Part shown: piece by piece, positions 1 through 8,129 of the stretch
How the letters are laid out: each line of letters opens with the position of its first letter
Position numbering within the stretch: position 1 is the stretch's first letter
Origin: Bryobacteraceae bacterium
Lineage (GTDB): Bacteria; Acidobacteriota; Terriglobia; Bryobacterales; Bryobacteraceae
Length of the DNA: 64,000 nucleotides
Assembly: GCA_049518655.1 (NCBI GenBank)
Contig: JBEKRO010000025.1
Coordinates: forward strand, 2,164 to 66,163
Direction: 5' to 3'
Notes under the pieces: generated by a model
Seen by the model: the letters and a program-made list of their open reading frames with translations, nothing else
What the model was told of the DNA's origin: nothing
Database searches by the model: none
Program-made: the position numbers and the translations under genes

Positions 1-365
1 TGGCTGGGCTCGTCTGCCTGGCGACCGCTCCCCCAATAGCCGCTCAGGTGAGTGTCGACATTGGAGTCGCCCCTGTCTGCCCTTACGGTTACTATGACGT
101 CGCTCCCTATGCGTGCGCTCCCTACGGCTACTATGGCCCGGAATGGTTCTCTGGAGGTGTCTTCATTGGCGTCGGTCCGTGGTTTCATGGCGCGGCCGAC
201 TTCCGCGGCCACGTGAATAACCGTTTCCATCCAGACCACGGCTACAAAGGTCCGATGCCAAAGGCTGGCGATCGGCCGGAGCCGTCAAAGCGTCTCGACA
301 AAGTGGCCCATTTCAAAGGAAACGAAATGCGCGATGGGCGCGGCCACGTAGCCGGGAAGCGCTAA
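1..365 (+). CDS. secreted Tyr/Gly/Pro-rich hypothetical protein, 5' end cut by window edge
   Basis: The frame of listed ORF 48..365 stays open back to nt 3. It reads AGLVCLATAPPIAAQ (tail of a signal peptide) before the listed GTG. The mature part has CPYGYYD and APYGYYGPEWF motifs. No family recognised. Confidence 0.5.
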   Translation, partial: AGLVCLATAPPIAAQVSVDIGVAPVCPYGYYDVAPYACAPYGYYGPEWFSGGVFIGVGPWFHGAADFRGHVNNRFHPDHGYKGPMPKAGDRPEPSKRLDKVAHFKGNEMRDGRGHVAGKR

Positions 366-374
366 GAACGCCGC

Positions 375-3251
375 TCAATTTGTAATGGTGATTGTGGCGG
401 GGGCACTGGCCACTCCGCCTACGGTCACCACCACCGGCTGCACGCCGGTAGGGATTCCACTCGGGATTTGCACATTGATCTGTGTCACGCCCACCAGCCC
501 CTCTGGGATGCCGATGAAATCGATCGTCGCATCCGCACCGGCGATGGTCACCCGGGTTGCTTCGGATGGTTTTGGAAGGTCGGCCAGCGCGGTGGAAGAT
601 GCGGGCGCTGCGCCATCCGCGATGGACGGGTAAACGGCGCCCGTGCCAGTGATGTAGAACGCGACCTCCTGCCCGATGGCCGCAGTCGCGGTAGGAACCA
701 GTGCGCCGGTGGAAGTGGTGAAAATTCCAGGCGCCACGGTGGCCACCGGAAACGATTGCGTGGTCACTTGTCCATTATTGTTAACGCTCAGCACCGCCGA
801 AGTACCGGCCGTGGTCTCATAGGGGATCTGCACGTTCAACTGAGTAGGAGATACGTAATAGAGCGGCGCGGCGATTCCATTCACCAGCACCGCGACCCCC
901 GAAGTTGAGATCGGTAGCGGCACGCTGGAAGCGCTCTGTGTCACTGGCGAGAGCTGGGATCCGAAGACACTGAGTATCGATCCGGGCGCGAAGCTGGACT
1001 TAAAGCTGGCTCCATTGGCGACGCTCGCGATCGCCGGAGTCACTGTTGAGCCCGATCCGGTTGCCGTGACGCTGACGGTGACGGAAGCGCTGCTGGCGCT
1101 GTTGTAAATTGCTGTAATGGTTCCGCTGCCCACGGGTAATTGCAGACCTTTCGTCACCAGTGTCGCCGTCGCCGTGCCTCCCGATCCCGTCAGTACGGCC
1201 GATCCCAGCGAAGTCCCCCCGATCGAAAACGAGATCGACCCGGACGGCGTGGTGCCATCCGAGGCAGTGACCGTGGCTGTCAAATACACGATGTCGTTCG
1301 CAGCTACTGTATTTAGATTGCTCAGCAGTGTGACTTGTGTGTGCGGGGTGGGTGGCGTTGTGTTCCCGCCGTTCCAGCCCATCACCAGCTTGTACGCGTC
1401 TACCGATCCGAGCCCTGTGGCCTGATCGTAGCCGACGCCTGCGTAGTATCCCACCGGAGTGTCTGTGCAGCTCGGATCTCTTCGCGGACAGGCCACTGTA
1501 ACGATGTTGTTGCCGGTCGTAATGTCGTGAAAGATGCCTAAGCCGGCTTGGGCCAGCGAATAGAGTTTCGGATTGACATTGCCCACGCCTCCCGAAGCGA
1601 GGTGTTGATTCAGAAGCGCCACCAAGCCGGCAAACGAAGGCGCGGGCACCGAGGTGCCGCCGTAAAGCTGAAGGCTTCCGCTGGTGTAAACCAAATAAGG
1701 ATCGTGATTGTCCGACGCATTCAACGCAACGTCGGGCACGTGGCGTGCGTTGTCAGCCGGAACTCCCGGACCGGTTTGCCAGGATGGCTTCGCAAACAGA
1801 ATGCTCGCGCCACCGCCGCTCGCTGACGGCTCCCCGTCTTCGGCACTATCGTTCCACGTGGTCTCGGGAATGTAAGACAGCGCCGATGCCCCGCTCGCGG
1901 TGTTGGTGAGATTCCAATACTTACCGGTGCCCTCGACGAACTCTGTACCGCCTACACTGGTCACTCCCGGCACGCTGCCTGGCAGGTCGACGGCCAGCCC
2001 CGGATTTTGCGAATCGTTACAGTCCGCCGCGCCGTCGTCCCCCGAAGCGGCGAACCACGTCATTCCTTGCGCGTTGGCTTGCTGCGCCCATTGGACGAAA
2101 GCCTTGTACTCCGACGCAGGCGTCTCCTGCTCGCAAGAGCCGTAGCTCACACTCAGCACCGGCGCGAGGTTCTGGTCGATGGCGTACTGCACCGAAGTCA
2201 TTACGTCGGTGGAATAAACAAAAACGATGGTTGCGTTGCGCGCCACTGCGCCGGACCATTCCAGATCCAAGTCCGACTCGGCAAGGTCGCCCGAAGTCGC
2301 GTCGCTCCCCGGGTTGGTTGACCCTGGAACCAGCAACATCTGCGGGTCGTTGGCCGACAGATTGAATTGGCTGCGGAACTGCTCGATATCCGAAAGATTC
2401 ACCTCGATCTGCCCGGCGATCGCGATCTTTTGCCCGGTTCCGTCGATGCCCGCGGCGTACAACGGAGCGATGTCGTAAATCGTGGCCAGGTCGTCGGGCG
2501 CAACGTAGTTCGATCCTTGTCCCGATGTGTATTTGGGTTGAGCGGAGTTCGGCTTGGAAAGTGACGGGCGAAGCCGCGGTTTCATCCGAAAATCGTTCAA
2601 CCCGCGAATGCTTTTCACCACCGCACCGAATGCCGCTGGTACAGAGGGCGCGGAGGCGTTCGCAAAGTGCGTCTCGCCGCCCGTCACGTATCTGTGAATT
2701 TCGGTCTGGAACGCCGCCTCAACTTGCGCCGCCGTTCCGCTTGCCGCGATCCAGTTGCGCCCGCGGGCTACCGAAAGCACTTGCAGGCCCTGCTCCTGAA
2801 GCCATTGGGTTATGCGGCTGAGATCGGCATCGTTCACGCCGAAGCGTTGCCCATATTCCTCCGGCGTCAGCCAGTGATGATAATTCGGCGAGCCCGGCGT
2901 CTGTTGTTCCGCCAGCAGTTTTTCGAGGTCCTGCTGCTGGCTGGCTGACGGCGCAAGCGAGAGCGTGATGTACGGTATTGCAAGCGAGGGTGCCACTCGT
3001 CCCTGGTCGTTACCAGCTAAGGCTGCAGCCACGGCCCTGGGGTGAACATTTCCCTCCAGGACTACACGCTGTCGATTATCGACGGACTGCGTAATGCGAG
3101 GCTGCGAAGCCGGTGTGTTCTGAGCGAGAACGCTAGCCGTATACAAAAGAGACGCGACGATGGCGGCGGTCCATAGAGATAAGCACCGCGGGAAAAATAA
3201 GCACTTCGGGGAACGAAGGTACTTCGAGCGCATTGATTCCTCGCTAAACAA
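375..3251 (-). CDS. S53 (sedolisin/kumamolisin-like) serine peptidase with Ig-like repeats and Solibacter-type C-terminal module
   Basis: Signal peptide. Pro-kumamolisin activation-domain motif LEKLLAEQQTPGSPNYHHWLTPEEYGQRFG. Catalytic-Ser motif GGTSVPAPSFAGLVALL. Ig-like repeat region. The C-terminus (PGIFTTSTG...GVTQINVQIP) resembles TIGR03437. An alternative start is Met7 (nt 3233). Confidence 0.85.
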   Translation of the reverse strand: MFSEESMRSKYLRSPKCLFFPRCLSLWTAAIVASLLYTASVLAQNTPASQPRITQSVDNRQRVVLEGNVHPRAVAAALAGNDQGRVAPSLAIPYITLSLAPSASQQQDLEKLLAEQQTPGSPNYHHWLTPEEYGQRFGVNDADLSRITQWLQEQGLQVLSVARGRNWIAASGTAAQVEAAFQTEIHRYVTGGETHFANASAPSVPAAFGAVVKSIRGLNDFRMKPRLRPSLSKPNSAQPKYTSGQGSNYVAPDDLATIYDIAPLYAAGIDGTGQKIAIAGQIEVNLSDIEQFRSQFNLSANDPQMLLVPGSTNPGSDATSGDLAESDLDLEWSGAVARNATIVFVYSTDVMTSVQYAIDQNLAPVLSVSYGSCEQETPASEYKAFVQWAQQANAQGMTWFAASGDDGAADCNDSQNPGLAVDLPGSVPGVTSVGGTEFVEGTGKYWNLTNTASGASALSYIPETTWNDSAEDGEPSASGGGASILFAKPSWQTGPGVPADNARHVPDVALNASDNHDPYLVYTSGSLQLYGGTSVPAPSFAGLVALLNQHLASGGVGNVNPKLYSLAQAGLGIFHDITTGNNIVTVACPRRDPSCTDTPVGYYAGVGYDQATGLGSVDAYKLVMGWNGGNTTPPTPHTQVTLLSNLNTVAANDIVYLTATVTASDGTTPSGSISFSIGGTSLGSAVLTGSGGTATATLVTKGLQLPVGSGTITAIYNSASSASVTVSVTATGSGSTVTPAIASVANGASFKSSFAPGSILSVFGSQLSPVTQSASSVPLPISTSGVAVLVNGIAAPLYYVSPTQLNVQIPYETTAGTSAVLSVNNNGQVTTQSFPVATVAPGIFTTSTGALVPTATAAIGQEVAFYITGTGAVYPSIADGAAPASSTALADLPKPSEATRVTIAGADATIDFIGIPEGLVGVTQINVQIPSGIPTGVQPVVVTVGGVASAPATITITN

Positions 3252-3398
3252 TAATGACGCGGGTAGGCTTGGCCGGTTCTACGCCACAACAGGGCGCTTC
3301 CATTGCGACGTTTCCACGTCCGCCCGCGTTTCGTCCCGGGCAGGAAATTCGCTGAATCAGGACCACGCTTAACGAGGAAAGCTTTATTTCCGTGATAC

Positions 3399-3740
3399 TT
3401 ACTGGCCTACTGTGAGCCGTGTATGGGTCCCGCCCAGATCGATGGCCTGGATGGCGTCCATGCCGCCCTGGTTCGTCGTTTCCACTAACGTATCGTTAAA
3501 CTTTTTGTCGCTATTCTCAATTTTGACGGGTACACTTAGGGACTTATCGTCCTTCGCACTGGTGAAAACGGCCTGCGACCCTTCCACCTTGAGTTTGTAT
3601 TCTCCAGGCTTCAGCTCGGTGGTTCCCGCCTTGACGGGGGTTTCCAGAACGATGTTGTAGGATTTGGCGCTGGCGATACCCAGACTGGAGAGAGCCAATG
3701 CACCAACTATAAGTAGCGATTTTCCGGTCATATACTTCAA
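3399..3740 (-). CDS. small secreted hypothetical protein
   Basis: 113-aa ORF with a signal peptide (LLIVGALALSSLGIASA|K) and a beta-rich mature part. No family recognised. Confidence 0.6.
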   Translation of the reverse strand: MKYMTGKSLLIVGALALSSLGIASAKSYNIVLETPVKAGTTELKPGEYKLKVEGSQAVFTSAKDDKSLSVPVKIENSDKKFNDTLVETTNQGGMDAIQAIDLGGTHTRLTVGQ

Positions 3741-3745
3741 AATCT

Positions 3746-3813
3746 CCTTACACTACTAAGACGAGCGGAAAAACGGGACGTTACGTCCGCCAGTGTAAGG
3801 GTCTGTCTTACAC
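3746..3813. promoter_or_regulatory. operator-like repeat set in a divergent promoter region
   Basis: 9-bp inverted repeat CCTTACACT (3746-3754) / AGTGTAAGG (3792-3800). It encloses the palindrome GGACGTTACGTCC (3776-3788). A third CTTACAC copy lies at about 3807-3813. The site sits between divergent starts at 3740 (-) and 3839 (+). Confidence 0.25.
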
Positions 3814-3838
3814 CGCGCGGCCACAGTAGAATGAACTG

Positions 3839-5932
3839 ATGTTGCCGCGGATCGCGCTGCTCTGCTCGCTTGCGTTCAGCGTGGAAGCTGCAACTCCGCC
3901 CCTCATTGATTACGCGACCTATCTGGGCGGATCGTACGCCGACGCCGCTGCTGGAGTTGCGGTGGATTCCACGGGAGCCGCTTACGTGGCAGGGAACACG
4001 TTGTCGCCGGATTTCCCGGTCACGTCCACCAGCCTGGGTACGCCCTCCACGAACAACTGCGCCTTTGTTACGAAATTGAACCCCTCCGGAACGGCCATCG
4101 ATTTCTCCGTTTGTTTGGCCAACTCAATGGCCACTGCATTCGCGCTGGATGCCAGCGGCAACATTTATTTGGCTCTCGAGCAGCTTAGCCCTTTCTTCGT
4201 TTCCTTTGCCGTGGTGAAGCTGGACCCAGCGGCTCAAAACATTCTCTACACCACACAAATCGACGATGCCGGGGAATCGTTGGCGGTGGACGCAGCGGGC
4301 GACGTGTATGTTGCGGGCGCAGCCGGGCCAGGTCTTGCCACCACTTCTGGCGTGTACCAAAGCCAATCTGCTGCGGGGCAATGCCCAGGCGATCTGAACG
4401 CGCCTCCCGGGCCTTGTAACAATGCGTTCATTACCAAGCTGTCGCCTTCCGGCCGCGTGGCGTGGAGCACCTATCTCGGCGGCTCCGGTCCGGATGACGC
4501 ACATGCCATCGCCGTCGATAGCGTGGGGAACGTTTGGGTGGCGGGTGAAACCGTCTCGCCGAATTTTCCAATCACCGCGGGCGCGATCTCGCGTACCTTC
4601 GGTGGCGAAATCGATCTCGGGCCGCTCCGCTACGGCGATGCCTTTGTCGCGAAGCTCGATCCCACCGGCGGCCATCTGCTCTATTCGACCTACCTGGGCG
4701 GCAGCGGGCCTGACGCCGCGTTTGGCCTTGCCGTGGATTCAACCGGTGCGGCGTACGTCGCCGGCGGGACGGGATCGACCAACTTTCCCACCACGCCAGG
4801 CGCGCTCCAAACAACCTACACCGGCTACAACCCGAATGTTCCACCAAGCCCTGGGCCCGACGGGTTTGTGACAAAACTCGATGCGTCGGGCCATCTTGTT
4901 TACTCGACGCTTACCGTCGTCACGAACATGCCGATTGTCGTCGACGACGCCGGGCAGGCCTATGTGAACGGGGCAGGGGGCGCTTCGTCTTCGTCGATCC
5001 TGCCCACGTGCGCGACACCGCCGAACGCCGCAGTTCAGGTGATTAATTCCGCCGGGTCCGCTCTGGTGGCCACGTCGCCGATTCCTGGAGCTTATCTCGC
5101 ACTGGACGGCAAGGGCGGTCTTTATTCCGCGGGCCGGACATTCACGCTCGTGTTCTTCTCAACGCCGCATGCTTTTCAAACCCAATACGGCGGCGGGAAT
5201 TCCGACGCGTTTGCCGCGAAGGTCGATTTCTCTCAGCCTGCGGGGCCTTCCATCGCGTCGGTGCTAAACGCTGCCAGCTTGCTTCCCGGCTATGCCACGC
5301 CTTTTCCGACGGGCGCGGTAGCTCCGGGCGAGATCGTCACACTGTTTGGCAACGGCTTCGGATCCGCTCAGTTCGGATCGGTGAGCTTCGGCCAGTTTCC
5401 CGCGCCCATTCTGTATTCGTCCAACTGCCAGATCAACACGGTGGTTCCGTTTGAGGTTGATCCGGGTCTGCCGACGTTCGTCACTGTGCAGTCCGGGGGG
5501 CAAACGCTCGGGCCAATCAAACTTCCAGTGGTGGTTGCGGTGCCCGGCATCTTCACGACCAACGGCAGCGGCAGCGGACAGGCGGCGATCCTGAATCAGG
5601 ACTCCACCCTCAACTCGCCCTCCAATCCCGCGACGCGAGGTTCCATCGTTTCGGTATATCTGACCGGCATGGGCGCGCTGAATCCACCCATCGTGGACGG
5701 ATCGATCGGCCCGCTGATGCCTCCGTTTTCGATGACGGCGGCGAGCGTTAGCCCGCTGATCGGCGGGCAGGTTGCGCCGCTCACGTTCGCCGGACAAGCG
5801 CCTGGTCTCATTGCAGGCGCCACGCAGATCAATATTCAGATCCCGCAGAACGCGCCAGTGGCCGCGGACGTTCCCATCGCTATTTCCGCCGCAGGCTATG
5901 TCAGTCAACAGTTGACGATGAGCGTGAAGTAG
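3839..5932 (+). CDS. SBBP beta-propeller repeat protein with Solibacter-type C-terminal module
   Basis: Signal peptide. Repeated motif YSTYLGGSG.D.A.GIAVDS.GN.YVAG.T.S.NFP (PF06739-like). The C-terminus (PGIFTTNGSGSGQAAILNQD...GATQINIQIP) is TIGR03437-like. Confidence 0.8.
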   Translation: MLPRIALLCSLAFSVEAATPPLIDYATYLGGSYADAAAGVAVDSTGAAYVAGNTLSPDFPVTSTSLGTPSTNNCAFVTKLNPSGTAIDFSVCLANSMATAFALDASGNIYLALEQLSPFFVSFAVVKLDPAAQNILYTTQIDDAGESLAVDAAGDVYVAGAAGPGLATTSGVYQSQSAAGQCPGDLNAPPGPCNNAFITKLSPSGRVAWSTYLGGSGPDDAHAIAVDSVGNVWVAGETVSPNFPITAGAISRTFGGEIDLGPLRYGDAFVAKLDPTGGHLLYSTYLGGSGPDAAFGLAVDSTGAAYVAGGTGSTNFPTTPGALQTTYTGYNPNVPPSPGPDGFVTKLDASGHLVYSTLTVVTNMPIVVDDAGQAYVNGAGGASSSSILPTCATPPNAAVQVINSAGSALVATSPIPGAYLALDGKGGLYSAGRTFTLVFFSTPHAFQTQYGGGNSDAFAAKVDFSQPAGPSIASVLNAASLLPGYATPFPTGAVAPGEIVTLFGNGFGSAQFGSVSFGQFPAPILYSSNCQINTVVPFEVDPGLPTFVTVQSGGQTLGPIKLPVVVAVPGIFTTNGSGSGQAAILNQDSTLNSPSNPATRGSIVSVYLTGMGALNPPIVDGSIGPLMPPFSMTAASVSPLIGGQVAPLTFAGQAPGLIAGATQINIQIPQNAPVAADVPIAISAAGYVSQQLTMSVK

Positions 5933-5934
5933 GA

Positions 5935-6567
5935 ATGATCGCGCCAACAGCAAATGTAGATGCCGCGCGCGCCGTCGGCCGCTGCTGGGGTGCGCTATTC
6001 TTCTCGGTCTTCGGTGGAGCGTGGTTTTTGCTGGCAGCCTATGCCTTCGGGCGATTGAATCCACTTGACGCAGGTCTGATCGCTATAGGGGTTATTCTGT
6101 TCGTTCTTCTAGCCCTTCGGCTTCAGCGTCGCGGCCAAGACGCGGGGAAGGACGCATTTCCCGAAGAAGAACGGCGGCGGAACGGCCGCGTATTTGGAAT
6201 CGTGAATGCAATCACCTGGATTGCGGTTTTTCTGGCCTTTCAAATTTTCCCGCGCGTAGGCCATCCAGACTTGGCGATTCCGGCTGTGGTGCTGCTAGTG
6301 GGATTGCACTTCTTTCCGCTGCCTCCGCTTTATCGGCATCGCGCCAATCTGGTTACCGGCGGCTGTCTGGTGTTGTGGGCCATCTTGTGCCCGCTGCTGT
6401 TCAGAGGCGGCACGATGATCGGCTTTGCGGCGGCTGGTGCGGGCTTAGTACTCTGGGCGTCGGCTGCTTGGGCGCTCAGAACCGCCAACTGCTTGGGTCG
6501 TCTGGGTTCTGAACGTCCGCGCTGGCTGCTGGCTGCGAGCCAACCAGCGCTCATTTTGCCGCGGTGA
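5935..6567 (+). CDS. integral membrane protein, unknown function
   Basis: 210 aa with about 6 hydrophobic segments. The ATG lies 2 nt after the upstream stop. Confidence 0.55.
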   Translation: MIAPTANVDAARAVGRCWGALFFSVFGGAWFLLAAYAFGRLNPLDAGLIAIGVILFVLLALRLQRRGQDAGKDAFPEEERRRNGRVFGIVNAITWIAVFLAFQIFPRVGHPDLAIPAVVLLVGLHFFPLPPLYRHRANLVTGGCLVLWAILCPLLFRGGTMIGFAAAGAGLVLWASAAWALRTANCLGRLGSERPRWLLAASQPALILPR

Positions 6568-6877
6568 TGGAGTCCACTTGAATGGTCTTTGCCTTCGTGT
6601 TGATCGTACCCGTGACCGTCACCTTTTTCCCAGCGAACTTCTCCGGCATCTTCTGGTCGCTCAGCGTGTAGGCTTCCTTGCCGTCATACAAAACGTACGA
6701 AGCTCCGTGCACGTCAACACATGCCTTCGTGCACTCGGCATCGGTCGGTCCCATTCGCATTTGGGAGTGATCGCCTTTGTCGCACATGCTATCCGTAATG
6801 ACGCCGGTGAACGTCTGCTTGCCTGGCGCCGCGACCAGCGATGCCATAGCAAGCAGACTCAAGATCAAAGGTTTCAT
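6551..6877 (-). CDS. small secreted Cys-containing hypothetical protein
   Basis: Signal peptide MKPLILSLLAMASLVAA. Contains CDKGDH and AECTKAC motifs. Confidence 0.6.
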   Translation of the reverse strand: MKPLILSLLAMASLVAAPGKQTFTGVITDSMCDKGDHSQMRMGPTDAECTKACVDVHGASYVLYDGKEAYTLSDQKMPEKFAGKKVTVTGTINTKAKTIQVDSITAAK

Positions 6878-6897
6878 AGCGGCGTAAGCCGTGCCTT

Positions 6898-7449
6898 CTA
6901 GCTACCGGGCGTCATCAGGTGGGCGGTCGACGTGCCGGCATTCATAATCCACACGCCAGTCGTGCTCGGCTTGTCGGGCAGCCCGAGCGACTGCGCGGTG
7001 GCGCCTGGCACGGCAATCGTGGTGTGCGGACGAGCGTGCTCGGCGTCGGGGCCCATTAAGTGGATCCATACCGATCCGAACTCAGGCTTCACGCGGGTTC
7101 CGTCCTTCTCTTCGGCCATCAAAGCGGTCTCAGAGGCTTTCCTGTCGCCCTTGGCTTCGGCCTTCAAGTTCTGAGCGACACGATCCAGGTTAGCGGTGCT
7201 GGTGCATTCCAGCATAAACGCCGGGTGTCCAGGCCATCCCGAAAGGTCATAGCAGACCAGTCCACTGGAGCCCTTTTGCAAGGTGTCGTAAGTGAAGTCG
7301 GGCTTCCATTTGATTACGGTAACGTCTTCTTTTTTCATCCGCGCTGGGGCGGCCATCAGGGCCTTTTGAATGGGGTCGGATGGCGCTTGCGCGAACGCGC
7401 TGCCCGCAACCGCCAAAATACTGAACGCGATGGGTAGTGTGCTTTTCAT
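6898..7449 (-). CDS. secreted hypothetical protein
   Basis: The listed ORF extends to 7491. The internal start MKSTLPIAFSILAVAGSAFAQ (ATG at 7449) gives a clean signal peptide. Confidence 0.6.
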   Translation of the reverse strand: MKSTLPIAFSILAVAGSAFAQAPSDPIQKALMAAPARMKKEDVTVIKWKPDFTYDTLQKGSSGLVCYDLSGWPGHPAFMLECTSTANLDRVAQNLKAEAKGDRKASETALMAEEKDGTRVKPEFGSVWIHLMGPDAEHARPHTTIAVPGATAQSLGLPDKPSTTGVWIMNAGTSTAHLMTPGS

Positions 7450-7582
7450 TCTGTGATCTCCAATTCTTTGCCGGGGACTTGCTCGACGCAACTCGCGAGC
7501 CGTAGTACCGGCGATTTAGTATATCGCGACGCGGCCGTCAGGATTTTAAGCTCTTAGCTTTTCGCCAACCGCCTGCCATAAT

Positions 7583-8116
7583 ATGTTCTTGATCCGACTA
7601 TCTGCGCTCCTCTGCTGGGTGGTGTTGCTGGCAGCCTGCGATCGTCCACCGGAAGTCTATGCTCCGCCCGAGCAACGCCATCCGGTGGAGGGTTACAATC
7701 CCGGCCCGGACGCCATGATGGTCGACATGCGGGATCCCGACGCCAGCTTGCGCATCGTGAAAGACATTCATGCTCCCTCCGACCCTTCCTGGCGATGGAC
7801 GTCGCAGAATCCCACCGTGCAATTATTGGTGCTGTCTACCGAGAACCTCCGGTTCATTGCGGACTTTGCTATTTGGGACGATGGCTTCAAGACCACCGGC
7901 CCATTGGAGATCCAGTATCTGGTGAATGGCAGGCTCTTGGACAAGGTGCGCTATACGACCCCCGGCGAGAAGCATTTTGAAAAGCCGGTTCCCGCCGATT
8001 GGCTGGCGGTAGACACCGACACCACTGTCGCGATGTTTGTGGACAAGCTCTTCATTTCACCCCGCGACGGCGAAAAGTTCGGTGTGATCCTTACGCGCAT
8101 CGGATTCAAGCAATGA
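7583..8116 (+). CDS. lipoprotein, unknown function
   Basis: Lipobox LLAAC at residues 15-19. Confidence 0.6.
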   Translation: MFLIRLSALLCWVVLLAACDRPPEVYAPPEQRHPVEGYNPGPDAMMVDMRDPDASLRIVKDIHAPSDPSWRWTSQNPTVQLLVLSTENLRFIADFAIWDDGFKTTGPLEIQYLVNGRLLDKVRYTTPGEKHFEKPVPADWLAVDTDTTVAMFVDKLFISPRDGEKFGVILTRIGFKQ

Positions 8117-8129
8117 TTGGATTGGACCG

